Positions 1-14,117 are shown, numbered from the stretch's first letter. The stretch is DNA of 64,000 nucleotides from Octopus sinensis (GCF_006345805.1 NC_043003.1:56792001-56856000); one strand, 5' to 3'. The notes: generated by a model not told the origin, from the letters alone. Made by a program: numbers and translations.

Positions 1-473
1 CCTCCATTTGTTGCTTAATATCGGAAGAAGACAATGAAGCAGTACAGCTGGAAGGCGAACTATCATGCCATAACCCTGCTATGCTTTGTATTAATTCAAG
101 ATTTACCTAATTCCTGAGTAAATGTACGCGCAGGCAACATATTTATAATGATAACAAATTAGATAAATTGTGCAGAGCCAAGGCTCTTATTAGAAATGCA
201 ATGATGTGTTAATAACGTAATAACACGAATGGAAATGGCGTCAAATTGGAAAATAAATTGGGATCGTAGAGGCAAAGCACTGCAAGCGGTTTGGATTCTA
301 GGACTCTCAGCACTGCTTTTCATCATAATGTTTTGTTAGATTAGGATACGGCCTCTCATTTGTAGAAAAAGCAACGTTAGATATTTCGACGTTCTTCATA
401 GGTTTCCTATAACGTAATGAAAGTATAATAGCTATAAGCAGGTTCTTAAGCATTAGCAGTAAGTAGTATACAC

Positions 474-490
474 TATTATTATTATTATTA

Positions 491-529
<39 letters not shown>

Positions 530-685
530 GATTATTATTATTATTATTATTATTCGCTTAACTGCTCCTGATTTATCTATTTCACGTCTGAGTTACATCC
601 TGCAGCTTAGAGACGTAACACTTCCAATTATTATTATTATTTTATTGTTGTTGTTTTATTATTATTATTATCATTATTATTATTA

Positions 686-764
<79 letters not shown>

Positions 765-828
765 ATTGTTGTTATTATTTTTATTATTGTTATTATTGTT
801 ATTGTTGTTGTTATTATTTTTATCATTG

Positions 829-885
<57 letters not shown>

Positions 886-897
886 TTATTATTATTA

Positions 898-940
<43 letters not shown>
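474..940. repeat. (ATT)n/(GTT)n microsatellite tract
   Basis: Direct reading; explains the poly-I/L/Y ORFs at 528-978. Confidence 0.95.
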
Positions 941-942
<2 letters not shown>

Positions 943-944
943 CA

Positions 945-1385
945 TGTGATTAAAACTCACCTTATTTTGCTGGGATGATGGATAGTGTCAGCCGTGCACA
1001 TCCACCAGATTGAGGTGACACTTGTTTACTAGTCATGCTTCAAGAACCCTTCGAAGAATACTTACCTTTCCAAGCAATACTGATTTCTGCAGGTGTTCTA
1101 CCTTTACGCTTGAACCAATGTTTTTCAGCCATGTTAGTTGTTGAGTGCTGAACTTCCAAGTGCACCAATTACTATTGATATCACGTCTATTCTCCTCATT
1201 GACCACATCCAAGTTATTTCCCATTTCAAAGCATCATAGTTGTTTATTTTTTTCTTCTTCTTTCTCATCGATTCTGTTCTCACCGGGGCATGCTATTTCG
1301 ATTATCAAACATGTTTCTTATTTATTCACTACAACAATGTCCATTTTCCGGTGATTGGTCAGGTGAACACACTGAATCATTACAT
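945..1385 (-). mobile_element. 3' fragment of an RLE-type non-LTR retrotransposon (R4/Dong/Hero-like), degenerate
   Basis: Minus strand reads ...RKMDIVVVNK*ETCLIIEIACPGENRIDEKEEEK... and ends LQKSVLLGKVSILRRVLEA*, matching the PD-(D/E)xK RLE domain and C-terminus; (TAA)n on both sides. Confidence 0.8.
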
Positions 1386-1387
1386 CT

Positions 1388-1418
1388 GTTGTTGTTATTA
1401 TTATTATTATTATTATTA

Positions 1419-1450
<32 letters not shown>

Positions 1451-1561
1451 TATTATTATTATTATTATCATTAATATTATCATTATTATTAATATTATTA
1501 TTATTATTATTATTATTATTGTTATTATCGTTATTATTATTATTATTGTTATCATTTTTAC

Positions 1562-1599
<38 letters not shown>

Positions 1600-1619
1600 T
1601 ATTATTATTATTATTATTA
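1388..1619. repeat. (ATT)n microsatellite
   Basis: Direct reading. Confidence 0.95.
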
Positions 1620-1620
1620 A

Positions 1621-2003
1621 AGGCGGCGGCGAGCTGGCAGAAACGTTAGGACGCCGGGCGAAATGCTTATTGGCATTTCGTCTGTCGCTACGTTCTGAGT
1701 TCAAATTCCGCCGAGGTTGAATTTAAGTTTCATCCTTTCTTGGTCAATTAAATAACTACCAGTTACGCACTGGGGTCGATATAATCCACTTAATCCGATT
1801 GTCTCTCCCTGTTTGTCCTCTCTGTATTTAGCCCCTTGTGGGTAGTAAAAAAATAGGTATTTCGTCTGTTTTTACGTTCTTAGTTCAAATTCCTCCGAGG
1901 TCGACTCTGCCTTTCATCCTTTCGGGGTCCAGAAATTAAGGTCGATCCAATCGACTTGCGCCCTCCCCCAAATTTTCGGGCAGTATGACTAGAGTAGAAA
2001 AGA
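1621..2003 (+). mobile_element. tRNA-derived SINE, family A (MetaSINE-like core), dimeric copy
   Basis: GGCGAGCTGGCAGAAACGTTAG head, GAGTTCAAATTCC B-box, and GCCTTTCATCCTTTCGGGGTC core (present twice, one copy degenerate); many other copies in the window. Confidence 0.85.
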
Positions 2004-2024
2004 TTATTATTATTATCGTCGTCG

Positions 2025-2067
<43 letters not shown>

Positions 2068-2099
2068 AATCATCATCATCATAACCATCATCATCATTA

Positions 2100-2610
2100 T
2101 GGTTCTCGCACAGTATACAATATCTTGAGGTTGTTGATTGAAGATATTTTGTCTACCAGGGGTTTGTTCTGTTTGTCAAGTCACAACAAGTACCTCTGAC
2201 CGACAGTACTTTACGCAATATGCGTGCAGTTCCAAGTAATGCCGACTGTTGCAATATATCTAAATTGTCGGATATTTCTAATGTTTTCGGACGTTTCTTT
2301 CAGCTTGTGTGGTATTGAACCTAATGCTCCGATGACAATAGGTGTAACTTTTAATCTTAGCGATCTCAATTCTCAGGTCTCCATATTTATCAATCTTTTC
2401 TTTTTCTTTCATGATGATATGCTCACCTCTTGTCACTGCCAGATCAATTATTAGGCACTCTTGGTTGTCCCTCCCAAAGATTACCTGTTCAGGCCTTCTG
2501 TGGTCTAATTTCTTCTTGTCAGAAAATCTCAAAGTCCCTAATGTTTTTTGTCTTCCCTTTTTCGTCCATTACCTTTTCTGGTATATGTTGGTACCAAACC
2601 CCCGTAACGT
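2100..2610 (-). mobile_element. 3' fragment of an RLE-type non-LTR retrotransposon, degenerate
   Basis: ORF 2278-2532 reads HRRPEQVIFGRDNQECLIIDLAV...KEKEKIDKYGDLRIEI; a shifted frame gives VTPIVIGALGSIP. Confidence 0.8.
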
Positions 2611-2744
2611 CATATCCATACCTACAGCATAGTTGCTAGTCGAGGTTTTGGGCTACCTTGTCGTCCATTTATAGGCCTCGGAAAAGGTTCAACCCAAACC
2701 AAAGGTAAGTGATTCATTCTTTCTTTCTTTCTTTCTCTCCTCCT

Positions 2745-3500
2745 GAATGGTAATTCTAAGAATAGGTTACATAAATGCTCGTGGCAGCGTAGTAAATTTA
2801 TCACCTGCTTAAATTCCGGTCGCTATGTCTGGACGCAGTAGCCATTAGTGAAACTAGTATTTCAAAAACACAATAGCTTGTTCTTCGCCTGGACGACTAC
2901 GAGGTTTATACGTCCTCTGGTCGGCCTGGATGAAATGGCGTTGCGGTGCTCTTTCAGAAAGGCCTTGACTTGAAGGCGAATACGGTTTTCCTCGGTAGCA
3001 TGGTGGTCTTGGACTTAAGCAGCAAAGAAGGCAACCGGGGAGCACTCAGACTAGTGGAAGTCTATGCTCCAAAAGTAGCTGGACGACCAGATTTCTTTAG
3101 ACGTTATGAGACTTTCCTTGGGACATCTCGCTCATTAGAGTTAGTGGGCAACTGAAACCGGATCTTTAACACAAGCAAAGACTATGAAGGTGCAGCAGAT
3201 AGGATAATGGGTTGCAAACGCCTCCTCAGGCATTTCCAACTCTATAACAGGCTCTCCTCGATCATCCGAAAAGAACACACCGGCGGGGATGTTACAGGTC
3301 ATACTCTGATAGGGTTATTCTTAGGCTTGCAGATAGGCATAATATGAGTCGCTTTTTCAGATCACTGGCTATTGAAATCACAAATTAGGGATTTTTACAG
3401 TCAGTTTAGGAAAAACAATCAGACTCGGATTCGGTTACTAGAAGATGAACGGGTTCTTCTCGGCGCGGGAAGATTTTAGGAACCTGATTAGTAGACTACT
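2745..3500 (+). mobile_element. L1/Tx1-type APE endonuclease remnant
   Basis: Frameshifted motifs in the expected order: ILRIGYINARG, LDAVAISET, LRLVEVYAP...RPDFFRR...LELVGN*N (GDFN-like), GFGY*KMN (GYWKLN-like). Confidence 0.75.
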
Positions 3501-3690
3501 TTTCAAATTTCTGTTTCACCACATTTGTGTTTCCCATTCACTTCATCTCTCTGGCTCACTCTGGCGTTTTCTTGATATTCTCAATTTTTTTGGTATCCTC
3601 ACCATTATCTTATGCTACTGCAAAATCTATGATATTGCATCGTCTTTGTTTTTCCATTGAAATTTTGTTTTATCGCCTTGCTGCTAATGT
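3500..3690 (-). mobile_element. Short RLE LINE remnant
   Basis: Minus strand reads EKQRRCNIIDFAVA*DNGEDTKKIENIKK, resembling CxIID(F)AVP..D....KE.EK. Confidence 0.45.
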
Positions 3691-3845
3691 ATGGCTAGTC
3701 TTCACGGAGAAATGTCATAAAGTCCTGTTGTTATTCAGAACACCTGCCTCGTCTGGACAACCTGAGCCGCTGGACAACAGGTTGTTGTCTCCTCCTACAG
3801 AGTTAGCCAGAGCAAGTGAAGTCTAGAGGTCTGAGAAATGAAATT

Positions 3846-3972
<127 letters not shown>

Positions 3973-4639
3973 GAACAATAACTAACTCACGTATCTTTGC
4001 CTATATTTATTACACACGTTTATATGCTTGTGGTATATGTGTATGTGTGTTTCTGTTTGTATGTGTGTATGTGTTTGTGTTTGTGTGTGTGTATGTGTGT
4101 ATGTGTTTGCAGATAGACAGGTATACTCGTGAGCAGGCAGGCAAATAATCATATATTCAGGATTTATTGGGTCATTACGTTCCTTTCTCAACAATGAACC
4201 AACATTGTCTTCTTTTCCCCTATGACATAACATAAGGTCATAAATTCGAGACGTACTAAATGGGTTTTATTTTTTTTTTTTCCTCTAAGTATGTTGCTGA
4301 CGTGAAATCTTCTCCGTTGTTTTCCGTATAGTTACATGACACAGCGTGTTATCAATGTTTTTTTCTTTTATTTTATTTTTTTCACTTTCTTGCACTTTCT
4401 GTCTTTAATGATATTTATTAACTCTCTTTTTCTCGTCATCCTTTTCTTCTCTCCGTTTCTCTTTTCTTCACTTTACGACTAATTTCTTTTCTTATTTCCG
4501 TTTTGGACCCCCCATAAACATATAAACACATCCACCGAACTCAAATTCGTAATAATGTAATAATGTAATAATCATATATATACACATACATACATACATA
4601 CAAATATATATATACATATATATACACACACATACATAA

Positions 4640-4670
<31 letters not shown>

Positions 4671-6520
4671 TTATATATATATATATATATTATATATATA
4701 TATATATATATAAAGAGAGAGAGAGAGAGAGAGATACACGCATACAGACACATACATATATATGCACATCTAACTATCTATCTTTCTTTCTCTCCCCGCG
4801 TTCTCTCTCTTTCACTAAACGATGATGATGATGATATATATATATATATATATTATATATATAATATATATATATATGGAGTGACAGACAGAGTCACTCG
4901 TTGACACACAGTGATACAAATGTGCGGTCACGTACAGATTGATATATGCACGTACATATATTTATGTGGCACATCTTTCTTTCTCTTCCTGATAGGTTAT
5001 GTATTTCATTATCTCACTCCCTATATCTAGCTAAGTAATCTATCTTATCCCTTCCTCCATCTTTCACGCTCTCTACCTATCTATTAATAATTTCTTGAAG
5101 CATCTGTAAGACTAATCATCCATTGTTAAAATTCTGCTGATTGATTACAACAAAGACGATTTTTTTTCCCCTTTATATTGTTTGTCTATGTATATTATAC
5201 AAGTATGAGCTGAAAATAAATCATTAATTAAATAAATAAACGAATGAATAAGTGAATAAATAAATAGCAAAATATTGATCATGTGTCGTCGCTAGCCGAT
5301 TAGAGATGTTGACACATTATCAGCATTTTCAATTTTTGAGTCTACCATTATTCTTCTATAACCCTTTGCATAATCAACTGAATTAAATGAACCAGCCAGC
5401 CTGTGTATCAATACTTTACGTGCACAAAATAGCAGGTCAACCTTGTACGTTTCACCGTACCCACAATGCCAGATATTTTTTTAGGAGAGGTTTAAGAACA
5501 TGTAACGATTATATAGTCATGATGTTTATTTCTGGTATTAATTTTTTTTTTTCGTTTCAGATAGACCAGTGGCAAAAACAAGCGAGTTATTTGGGCTCAG
5601 AAATGTCCGTTAAATGATATACTCTTTGTAGTTATTTCGGTATCATATTCTTTCTATTATATCACAATTTAAAATTATGGAAAAAGCAATTTGATTTAGC
5701 GTATATACAAAGATATAATCAGATACTCCATATAATCGAGATCGTATGTGACTTTCATTTGTTGAATCTGGTTGCACGATAAAGCTTATATTAGGTGTCT
5801 GAGTTCGATACAATTTAACTGAAAATTTCCGTTGCAACGAAGCATAGGAATTATAGGTTCAATAACTGATGTTAGTTAAATCAGACCACGGCTAATAATT
5901 GACAACTTATAACTTAACTAAACTTAACTCTGGGGTTTTCATAACTTTGATAGTCCACAATATACATACGAGTGATAACCTGAAATTATTTAAAATGTAT
6001 TTTTATGCATACGTATTGTCCGTGGTTGAAAAAAAAAACTGAGTGTGTATACTACAAGCCTATTATATGTAGGTCTAGAGCAAGCGTTTAATACATTTTA
6101 ATAATTTACTCTAATTAAAAACGTTGTCGCGAAGGATTTAGCAAGACTTTGAAGACCTATGAAACCGAAGTGATTAACGTTCGGGCTTATGGTTTGGTAT
6201 TTTGTAGGTGTTCTAAGGATATTTTGGTGGGAAATGCCAGATGAAATTAAGTGTACGATGTGAAGTGGACACAATATCTATAAAGACAGTAGAAGAGAGG
6301 TATTAGAATGGTGGCTCAGAATGAGAGTAGCGGTTGAGGAGTAGCAGTCACAGTTGTAGGGTTTAAAAAATATAAAGTGAGTAGACGACACGTTTGTTGG
6401 TTACAGATTAGAACAGGTTCAAGAGGGAGTCATAACAATCAATTGGCACGCGTATTTATTTATTTATGTATTTATTTATTTACTTACTTATATATTTATG
6501 GGATTCCCCTGGGATTTCCT

Positions 6521-7047
6521 TATTACCTCCACCTTACTGAAGGCAGAGGTATTGTTTCCAGTCGCATTTGTTTGCTTGTTTGTCCGTGGACAAGATATTG
6601 CAGGAACCGCTGGATGGATTAAGATGAAACTTTTAGGGATGTTTGGCCTCGTGACTGACACGGACCGATTAGATTTGGGGATCGATCCGGGACTGGACAA
6701 GGATTCTGGATTATTTGTTATATTTACTTACAAGGTTACGATCTTACGTTAACTTTCAAGTCTTTCTGAATTATCTCCATTTAGGCTCTAACTATTTTGA
6801 ATGGTGAATTTGTTTTCTTTAGCTTGTATAAGATAAGGAGAAACTATTCATTACTATTGCTAAATTTTCTACAACCCGCTTAACATTCCATGACTACCGG
6901 ACAAGGTTTCTGGATTATTTTTCCAGATTTTTTACAAAATTTTTGAGAGCGGTCGGGTTCATTTTAAAAATCACCCCCGACTAATCGTTGAGAGGACGTT
7001 AGTATTGCCTTGGTGGAGGTTTTCTCCCTTTTAGGGCTCTTGTTCTA
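6521..7047 (+). mobile_element. Helentron-associated non-autonomous element (HINE/DINE-like)
   Basis: 5' hairpin ACCTCCACCTT-ACTG-AAGGCAGAGGT, then a (GTTT/GTCC) tract; 3' subterminal inverted copy CCTTGGTGGAGGT (7008-7020) followed by a short imperfect hairpin. Confidence 0.6.
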
Positions 7048-9356
7048 AATACTCCAGATCATTTTAAAGTATTTCTCTAGAATAGGTGCATTAAAGTTGG
7101 TAAAATTTACTCCAGTTTCTCATAGACTTGGCGTTGATTGTGATTTATTACTGCGGTAGCGGATAGGATGCTGAAGAAAGTGAAAATTGCAAATAGCTCG
7201 ACTGGTCATTTAGGATGTTTGAAAGAGTTAAGTTTTATCTAACATGATTCTTTGAATTTAACGAGGAAGAGGATTATATCCCAATATTTAATGAGGGTTT
7301 ACATTGGAGGACGGTTGAATCACTAGTGTTGTAGATAAACTAGCTAGCCTTCTTTCGATTCAATGTTCAAATCCTACACGGGTTGATGTCTATCATCCAT
7401 CTTCGATAGTATCAGAAAATAGATATTAGTGAAGTCAGGTTTTGGAGTATGATTACATCAATATCAGTTTCTCACAAAACTGTGGGCCCTATACCATATT
7501 TACAAAGCACTATTTCAAATGATATTTTAAGTTCTTATCTCATATACTTCGAGTTCCAAATTCTCATATACTTATGATGCTCTGATGACTTCATGTAACC
7601 ATAGGTCATCACTAATCAAGCAAGCCTATCATCAAAGGTTGATATTTACATCCAATTTTGAGGTATGTAATATGATATTACCTAAAGTTTCCTACTTTTA
7701 TCTAACATGTAGAGTGTAGTTTCAATTGCTATTCCTACTCGGCAGAATACCTGCATGCACGCACTCTTGTTAGCTTGTTCCCTTTTCAGGTTTTGTTCTT
7801 TTCACTGCGCTTCAAAAAAGGGAGACGATGCCTATGACTTTTTCCAGAAACTACAACACCAGTAAGATCGACGGGATTAATGCTCCTCTTAAACAGCTAC
7901 AAGTCGACGATTTCAGGAGGAACATAGGCAAGCAACCCAGACAACTTTGAAACTGAAGGTACAGACATAATTGTTAGGGTTAAACTGTATGTGACTTAAT
8001 TTAGATAACGAGACAGGGAAGATGAATGAGATAAGAATGAAATTTGAATAAATGAGAGGAGTGATAATATCAACCTGCAAGAAATAAAATACTACAATAT
8101 CAACAACAGAAATGTAGATATACCGTATGATAACTCTATGATATGTATATTTGCAATGTGTAATATCATGCCCACAAAATGTATGGCTTTCTGCCCGAAT
8201 TAGAAATGATTGTTTGAACAGGGTACAGTAACTTTCCAATTCTCCCATCCTATCAATGAATCACGTTTTCCTCTACTGATTACATTATTAGTAGAAATTT
8301 GCGAAAACAATATTATCGATCACATATGAACAGAGATAACTATTGATATTAATAAGAAGAAAAACATTAATAGCTTTGTTTGATTAGAAACTTATAAACT
8401 GCTGACTGATTATTTGACTTGTGGTTTCGATACCCATCATCGATCGCAAATGTGTCTGTTAACGGAGAAGAGAGACATTTACTAAAGGAACTTCATTTGA
8501 TATGGCTTCACAGAATGGTCAATCAAATTATGGAACTATTTTCAGGACTAATTCTTTTCAAGACATCGTGTATGATGTTTCCTTGAGCAAGCCATAGACG
8601 CAATTTGTAGATATGGGAGGGGAAAATGTGGAAATGGAGTTTCCCGTTGATGAACATAATACTAGGGTAGGGTTTCCTAATTATGATATCTATATTTACT
8701 GTTGTTTGAGTGAGAGAGATGGAGACATTTTGACTGTAGTTATTTAACATTTCTTTATTCTATAATAGTATTAATACAACTTCAACCACTACAGTATCTT
8801 GTGTACCAGATATCTGGTGTCTTGTTCTGTGCACAAAACTAAGGAATTCATAAATAAGTCAATGAGAGAGCATTTATCGAGTCCCTTAGACTTGTCGAAA
8901 TAACAACCAAATCTCTCTTAAAGCTACACTCTAACGTCTTAAAAGAGAAGGCAGAAGATATTGGATAATGAAGACGTGAATACATTGCGGTTTAAAACCT
9001 AAAGAAATGACGGTGATGCCTTGGTAGTTACTTTTGATCATTGGTCTTAGTTTACTATTTGCAAAGCAGAAAAGGAGATTGCTTCACTGCATTAAGAGAA
9101 CAGGAAATTTTATAAAAGAAGCAGAGCAATATTTTCGGTTGAATTGACTTAAAGTATATGAAGCGTTTGAGTGATAGACAGAGCAATATATATAATTTAC
9201 GACTGAGGTATATCCTTTTCCCCTCAGCTCTGACATCCGTTTTGCTAACGAGTGCATTCTGGATGACAGATGAAATGGAAAGGAAGAGTGAAGATGACAT
9301 ATTTGTGGAGAGTCCTACTATGCAGCAGCTCGTACAAAAGTTTTCTTTAAATTATA

Positions 9357-9533
9357 TTAAAATGCCATATAGACATACAGTTCTATATCTAAGAGATGAG
9401 GAATTGTGTACGTTATTTACAATATTTACATTCGACGGATATTTGTCCACTAACCCCAAGATTCCGAGTTCGATTCCAAGCGGTGACCTGAACAACAACA
9501 ACAACAACAACAACAATAATAATAATAATAATG

Positions 9534-9627
<94 letters not shown>

Positions 9628-9755
9628 CAACATCGAAAAATACCTTAGGAATGAGAACCCAGGTTCGAAATTTCCCCAATACACCTGAAGAAGATGAGGA
9701 TAAATATCCGTCGAATGTAAATAACGTAAATAACGTCCATATAGACATATTTTAA
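9357..9755. mobile_element. Fold-back repeat with tRNA-like fragment, (AAT)n and a truncated HHR core
   Basis: Inverted arms ACGTTATTTAC...ATTCGACGGATATTT (9410-9449) and 9699-9736; GAGTTCGATTCC B-box at ~9466; CCTGAAGAAG at ~9684; CCATATAGACATA direct repeat at both ends. Confidence 0.55.
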
Positions 9756-10883
9756 AACTAATTTCCTATGAGTTTATATTGTTTTTCAGCATATTGTATA
9801 ATATGTTTACCCTTCCTTCATTGTTTACATATACTTTTGTATCGTTTATCGAAGCATATTTTTGCCTTCCTCATCCATACATAATGTGCAATTACTTAAA
9901 GTATTCCTCTTCATTATATCCTTTTCCTCGTTTCTGGAGGTGAGGCCCTGACGTTGTGCCACTTTTCAGGAAAACGTCTTCTTGGAATCATGCCAGTTTC
10001 TGTAAATGTTCAAATCTCTCTTTGTTTTCTCTCTGTTCAGCTTTTGCCGATAGCAGTCATCTAACGGCTTCCCTTGCCGTTGCTTTTTTCATTTCATTCT
10101 AGGTGTTCCGCAAATTTTACTTTTTTGTCCTTTTTTCTAGCTAGCTTTGGGTATTGCAGACTGATTGGTTTCGGCTGTTTTCTTTCAAAACAGTAATCAG
10201 TTTAATGCTTTAATTATGTATCATTTATCAAATTTTCATGATTCTGTGCTAGATAAGATTTTGTTCTATATTACAATTTTGTGGTAATTTTTCATCTATA
10301 TACGACTACTACCGCATTGTATTCGTAGTAATTACAATCATGTTTTTTTCAGACTTTTTACGATATATTCAAATTATGTATTCATTATTTAACTCTTTTC
10401 CTGTCGAGATATGTTAGATCATTTAGCAACTTATTGACACTATAATTGCGTTAACGGGAGAGCTATTTAACTATTAATCGAATTTAATGCATCTATAATA
10501 TACCTTCCTATTCCTTCATTCATTTCTAGGTACGATACATTGCTAAGTTTAGTGAAACTCAGATATTTGTATGCCTGTGATAAGTCAAATTTTCTTATTT
10601 CAGCTTTCTATCCAGCCTGATTATATCGAATATACCTCTCTTGAAAGAATGTTTAGTGTATTGTTCTAAGTTGATTCATTTGATAAATCCGTGCACTCAC
10701 TGCAGTGATGTTTTTAGTTGAGAATCATTAGCAGTATACAAGCTGAGATTATCCATATAGAAAATCTGGAACATTTTTTTCTGTTTGAAAAAACTGAACT
10801 GAAAATAATTGGCAAGAAGGAGTTCCTTTGGAATATTCCTCTTTTGATAGCTGTTGATATAGATTTTATAATACGTTGTAAAG

Positions 10884-12721
10884 CAGTGGTTCTTAACCTT
10901 TTTGCTACCATGCTTCCCCTAGGAATTTGTCCTTCATTCCACGCCCCTTTGCATCTATGAATGAAATTCCCTCCCAGATTTTAAATAAAATCTAACATGT
11001 TTTTTATTCAAAATGAATTAGTCACATCATGAAAAATATGTACAATTTCCTATATAATCACATTATACAAGAAGTGAGATACTTGACAAAAAGAAGTTTT
11101 TTTTTATTGAATATGAATTGGTCATATTATTAGTGAGATACTTGACACTGGTTCTTAGCTACAAGATCTCGAATGCGTGGTTGAATACCAGAGAGTGCAC
11201 AACGTAAGTCCCTTTCGACGTTCAGCCTATTCCTGTACTTGGTCTTGACAGCAACAAGCGTGGAAAATGCAACTTTCTCCAAGGGATGTCATTTTGTTTC
11301 AAAGAATGCCTTGGAATTGTCTGCTAAGCAGGATGTACTGTCCTCAAGTAGCGTTCCAAGCTTGAGGGTCGCATTCCATCATTTCTCAAAGTTTTGCAGA
11401 ACATCACACATTGGGGTACTTCTGTGTCACCCTTTTGGAGGGACACGAATTCACTTTGAATATATTCAAGATACTTCAGATTCTTTGCATTTATTGCGAA
11501 TTGTTTGATGTGAATTTCATAACATGTGAATAAGTTAGAACGGTAGCCCAAGTCACGGTCCTAGTTAGAACGCTAGCTCAAGTTAAAACACTTGGAGTAA
11601 AAAGTTCTGACACAAAATTATACAAAAACAATTTGGAATAAAAATTTTAATTAAACGAGAAGTAATGCGAAAAATTTGTACAATAAAATGTACGAAAATA
11701 TAAAAAGAAGTTTCTTTAAAAAAGAAAAATTTTGCATAGCTTTTAGTTACTTGTTCTTTCAATTTTAGTTTAACATTTGGCTTTATATTATAATTTTTTG
11801 TCTTACAAAAACTTACAATTTTTTTAATATAAGCGTTTAATATCAAAAATTTTGTTGTTATTGTTATTTTTTTTTCCAATCTGGGTTATTTTTTGAATAC
11901 TTTATTAAACTCAAGGATAGTAGAACTTATTACATATATTTTGTTTTATTTCCCGTTTTTAAATATAAAAATTGTTTTCACTTTTTAAAATTAAGTTAAT
12001 ATTTCTGACTATGTCACTATAATGATTTGACACTGTTTCAGTATGTCTCTTGGTTTTGAAGAATCGCATTATTTTATATATAGGAAAACTCTACATTAAA
12101 CTTGCTTATAATCTATTAACAGAAAAATGTTGGTCACGATAATAATATGTAATCTTTATACCAGTGGTGCTTAACTTGAGACTTGTTGTAACAAAAAAAA
12201 AATATATAAAGGCAATGTTAAAGCTACTATTTAGAATTAGTGAGGGATTTGGAAGATATGAATTGGGTGAATAAGTACAGAAAATGGTAAGCAGCAGTAA
12301 GATATTAGAATAAGAAAACTAAAGGAATAAGGCGAGCTGGCAGAAACGTTAGCACGCAGGGCGAAATGCTTAGCAGTATTTCGTCCGCCGTTATGTTCTG
12401 AGTTCAAATTCCGCCGAGGTCGACTTTGCTTTTCATCCTTTCGGCGTCGATTAAGTAGGTACCAGTTACGCACTGGGGTCGATGTAATCGACTTAATCCT
12501 TTGACTTTGTTTGTCCCCTTTCTGTTTAGCCCCCTGTGGGCAATAAAGAAATATATAAGGCGATGCCTATGCGTTTTTTTTTCATAAACTTTGACCATGC
12601 TCTCGTTAAGAGATATCAAATATAATTAGAGAAATTCCTGCCTTTTTTCAAGGCCTGGTGATCCGCTTGGAAATTACTAATGCCTCCCTAGCAGGGCGCG
12701 TCCCCAGGTTAAGAACCACTG
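10884..12721 (-). mobile_element. Internally deleted hAT (Charlie/Buster-type) DNA transposon
   Basis: TIRs CAGTGGTTCTTAACCT...AGGTTAAGAACCACTG; 8-bp TSD TTGTAAAG/CTGTAAAG with central TA; minus-strand remnants PQCVMFCKTLRNDGMRPSSLERYLRTVH (BED finger) and FSTLVAVKTKYRNRLNVERDLRCALSGIQPRI...SH*. Confidence 0.92.
12330..12553 (+). mobile_element. SINE family A nested in the hAT element
   Basis: Near-consensus head, B-box and core as at 1621. Confidence 0.9.
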
Positions 12722-12989
12722 CTGTAAAGTGAGAATCTGCAGCATTAGTATTTGCTATTTATACATGAAATAAGTCAAGTAACTTATTACTAGTATTTCC
12801 TTATTCATGATTAGTGTTTCTGAAATTCGCATGGAAAATTATGTGTGTGTGTGTGTGAGTGAGTATGCGCGCGCATGTATTTTTATGAGCGGATATGGTG
12901 TGTGCGTGCGTATGTTTGTGTATGTCGGTGTAAGTAAATACATATACTTATTTATACGTATGTATATATATATGTATATATATATGTCC

Positions 12990-13855
12990 GTGTTCGGATT
13001 AGGCTGTCCGGACTCCCGTTTGAGCCGTTAACAGGGTTTAATCTTCTCTCAACATGAACACAACACTTCTCCCCTCTTCATCTAACCTCCTCCCCTCGCC
13101 TCTCTCCCCCTCACACCTACTTCCTCCCACCCACCTCTCCTTTCTTGCTCCGACTCCTACTTCTCTTCACTCCTACCCTCCTTCTCACTTCTCTTCACTC
13201 CTGCCCACCTTCTCTTTCCCCTCTCCCTCGTAAGCCCCTTCACATTTCACCCCACCTTCGTTATCCTTCCCCATCCCACCCCATCCCATCTCTTACACCC
13301 GCTCCTACATACCCTACCTCTAACCCCACCCCCGCCTAACCCACACCCTACCCTTTCTTTCCCCACTCTCACCTCCTCCAGCTCCCATCACACAACACAC
13401 CAGTACACCTTACACCACCATACCGCACAATACATCACATCACTACACACCACCACGCACACATCAGCACTGACCAATTCCCAGACCCACATTTTCACAC
13501 CTTCACATAAACACACGCACATGTCAAGATCACCAGCCCTGTTCCACACGCACATTAAAATTCTCATATAGACACGCACACGCACCTTCATTTTTGGATC
13601 ACCACTAATTTATGATCTCCCCTCTTCCCTAGCCCTCCTGTGTGACCATTCTGTCCGACATTGGCCATGATAGAACGCTAGCCAATACACATTCTTTATT
13701 TTCTCTCCTTTTTTCTTTCTGTGTTTCTTTCTGTGGAAGAGCGTAGGCTCGAAACGTTAAAGACTTGTCGCTTCCCGAGCGTTATACTGATACATCTGTT
13801 TGATGTCTACACGACCTCTCTTCATCTTTTGTTTTTGATTTTGTGAATTCTCCCT
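12990..13855 (+). mobile_element. Penelope-like element 3' end (endonuclease C-terminus, pyrimidine tract, pLTR)
   Basis: GCPDSRLSR*QGLIFS resembles the REQxLIFxL GIY-YIG C-terminus; HHR-like motif at 13727-13762; (TA)n flanks. Confidence 0.6.
13727..13762 (+). ncRNA. Minimal HHR-like motif (variant core)
   Basis: CUUU-CUGUGGA-A-GAGC(GUAG)GCUC-GAAAC-GUU-AAAG; position A6 is not conserved. Confidence 0.55.
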
Positions 13856-13878
13856 ATATGTATATATGTATATATTTA

Positions 13879-13929
<51 letters not shown>

Positions 13930-14117
13930 ATCTATCTATCTATCTATATATCTATCTATCTATATATCTCTCTCAATATATATATATTATATATATATAT
14001 ATATATATACATATATATATCTATATGTGTGTATATATATGCGTATATATTTATATATGTGTATATATATGTAAATGGGTATGTATACATATATGTGTAT
14101 GTATATATATTTATAAA

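Noticed and set aside
528-1649. Long hydrophobic or homopolymeric ORFs (also 9158-9755, 13843-14205, 14641-15018, 36728-37006, 49704-50118, 62925-63371)
   Set aside because: They are translations of ATT, TA, CAT, GAA and CA microsatellites, not proteins.
6140-6460. Possible ancient Penelope 3' end with GAAACGUU on the minus strand
   Set aside because: Only the 3' half of an HHR is visible and the protein similarity is too weak.
7740-8080. Splice-acceptor-like sites and a complex segment suggesting an exon
   Set aside because: All frames I tried on both strands hit stops before a plausible donor.
9229-9350. Acceptor followed by an open stretch LTSVLLTSAFWMTDEMERK...
   Set aside because: No good donor and no recognisable homology.
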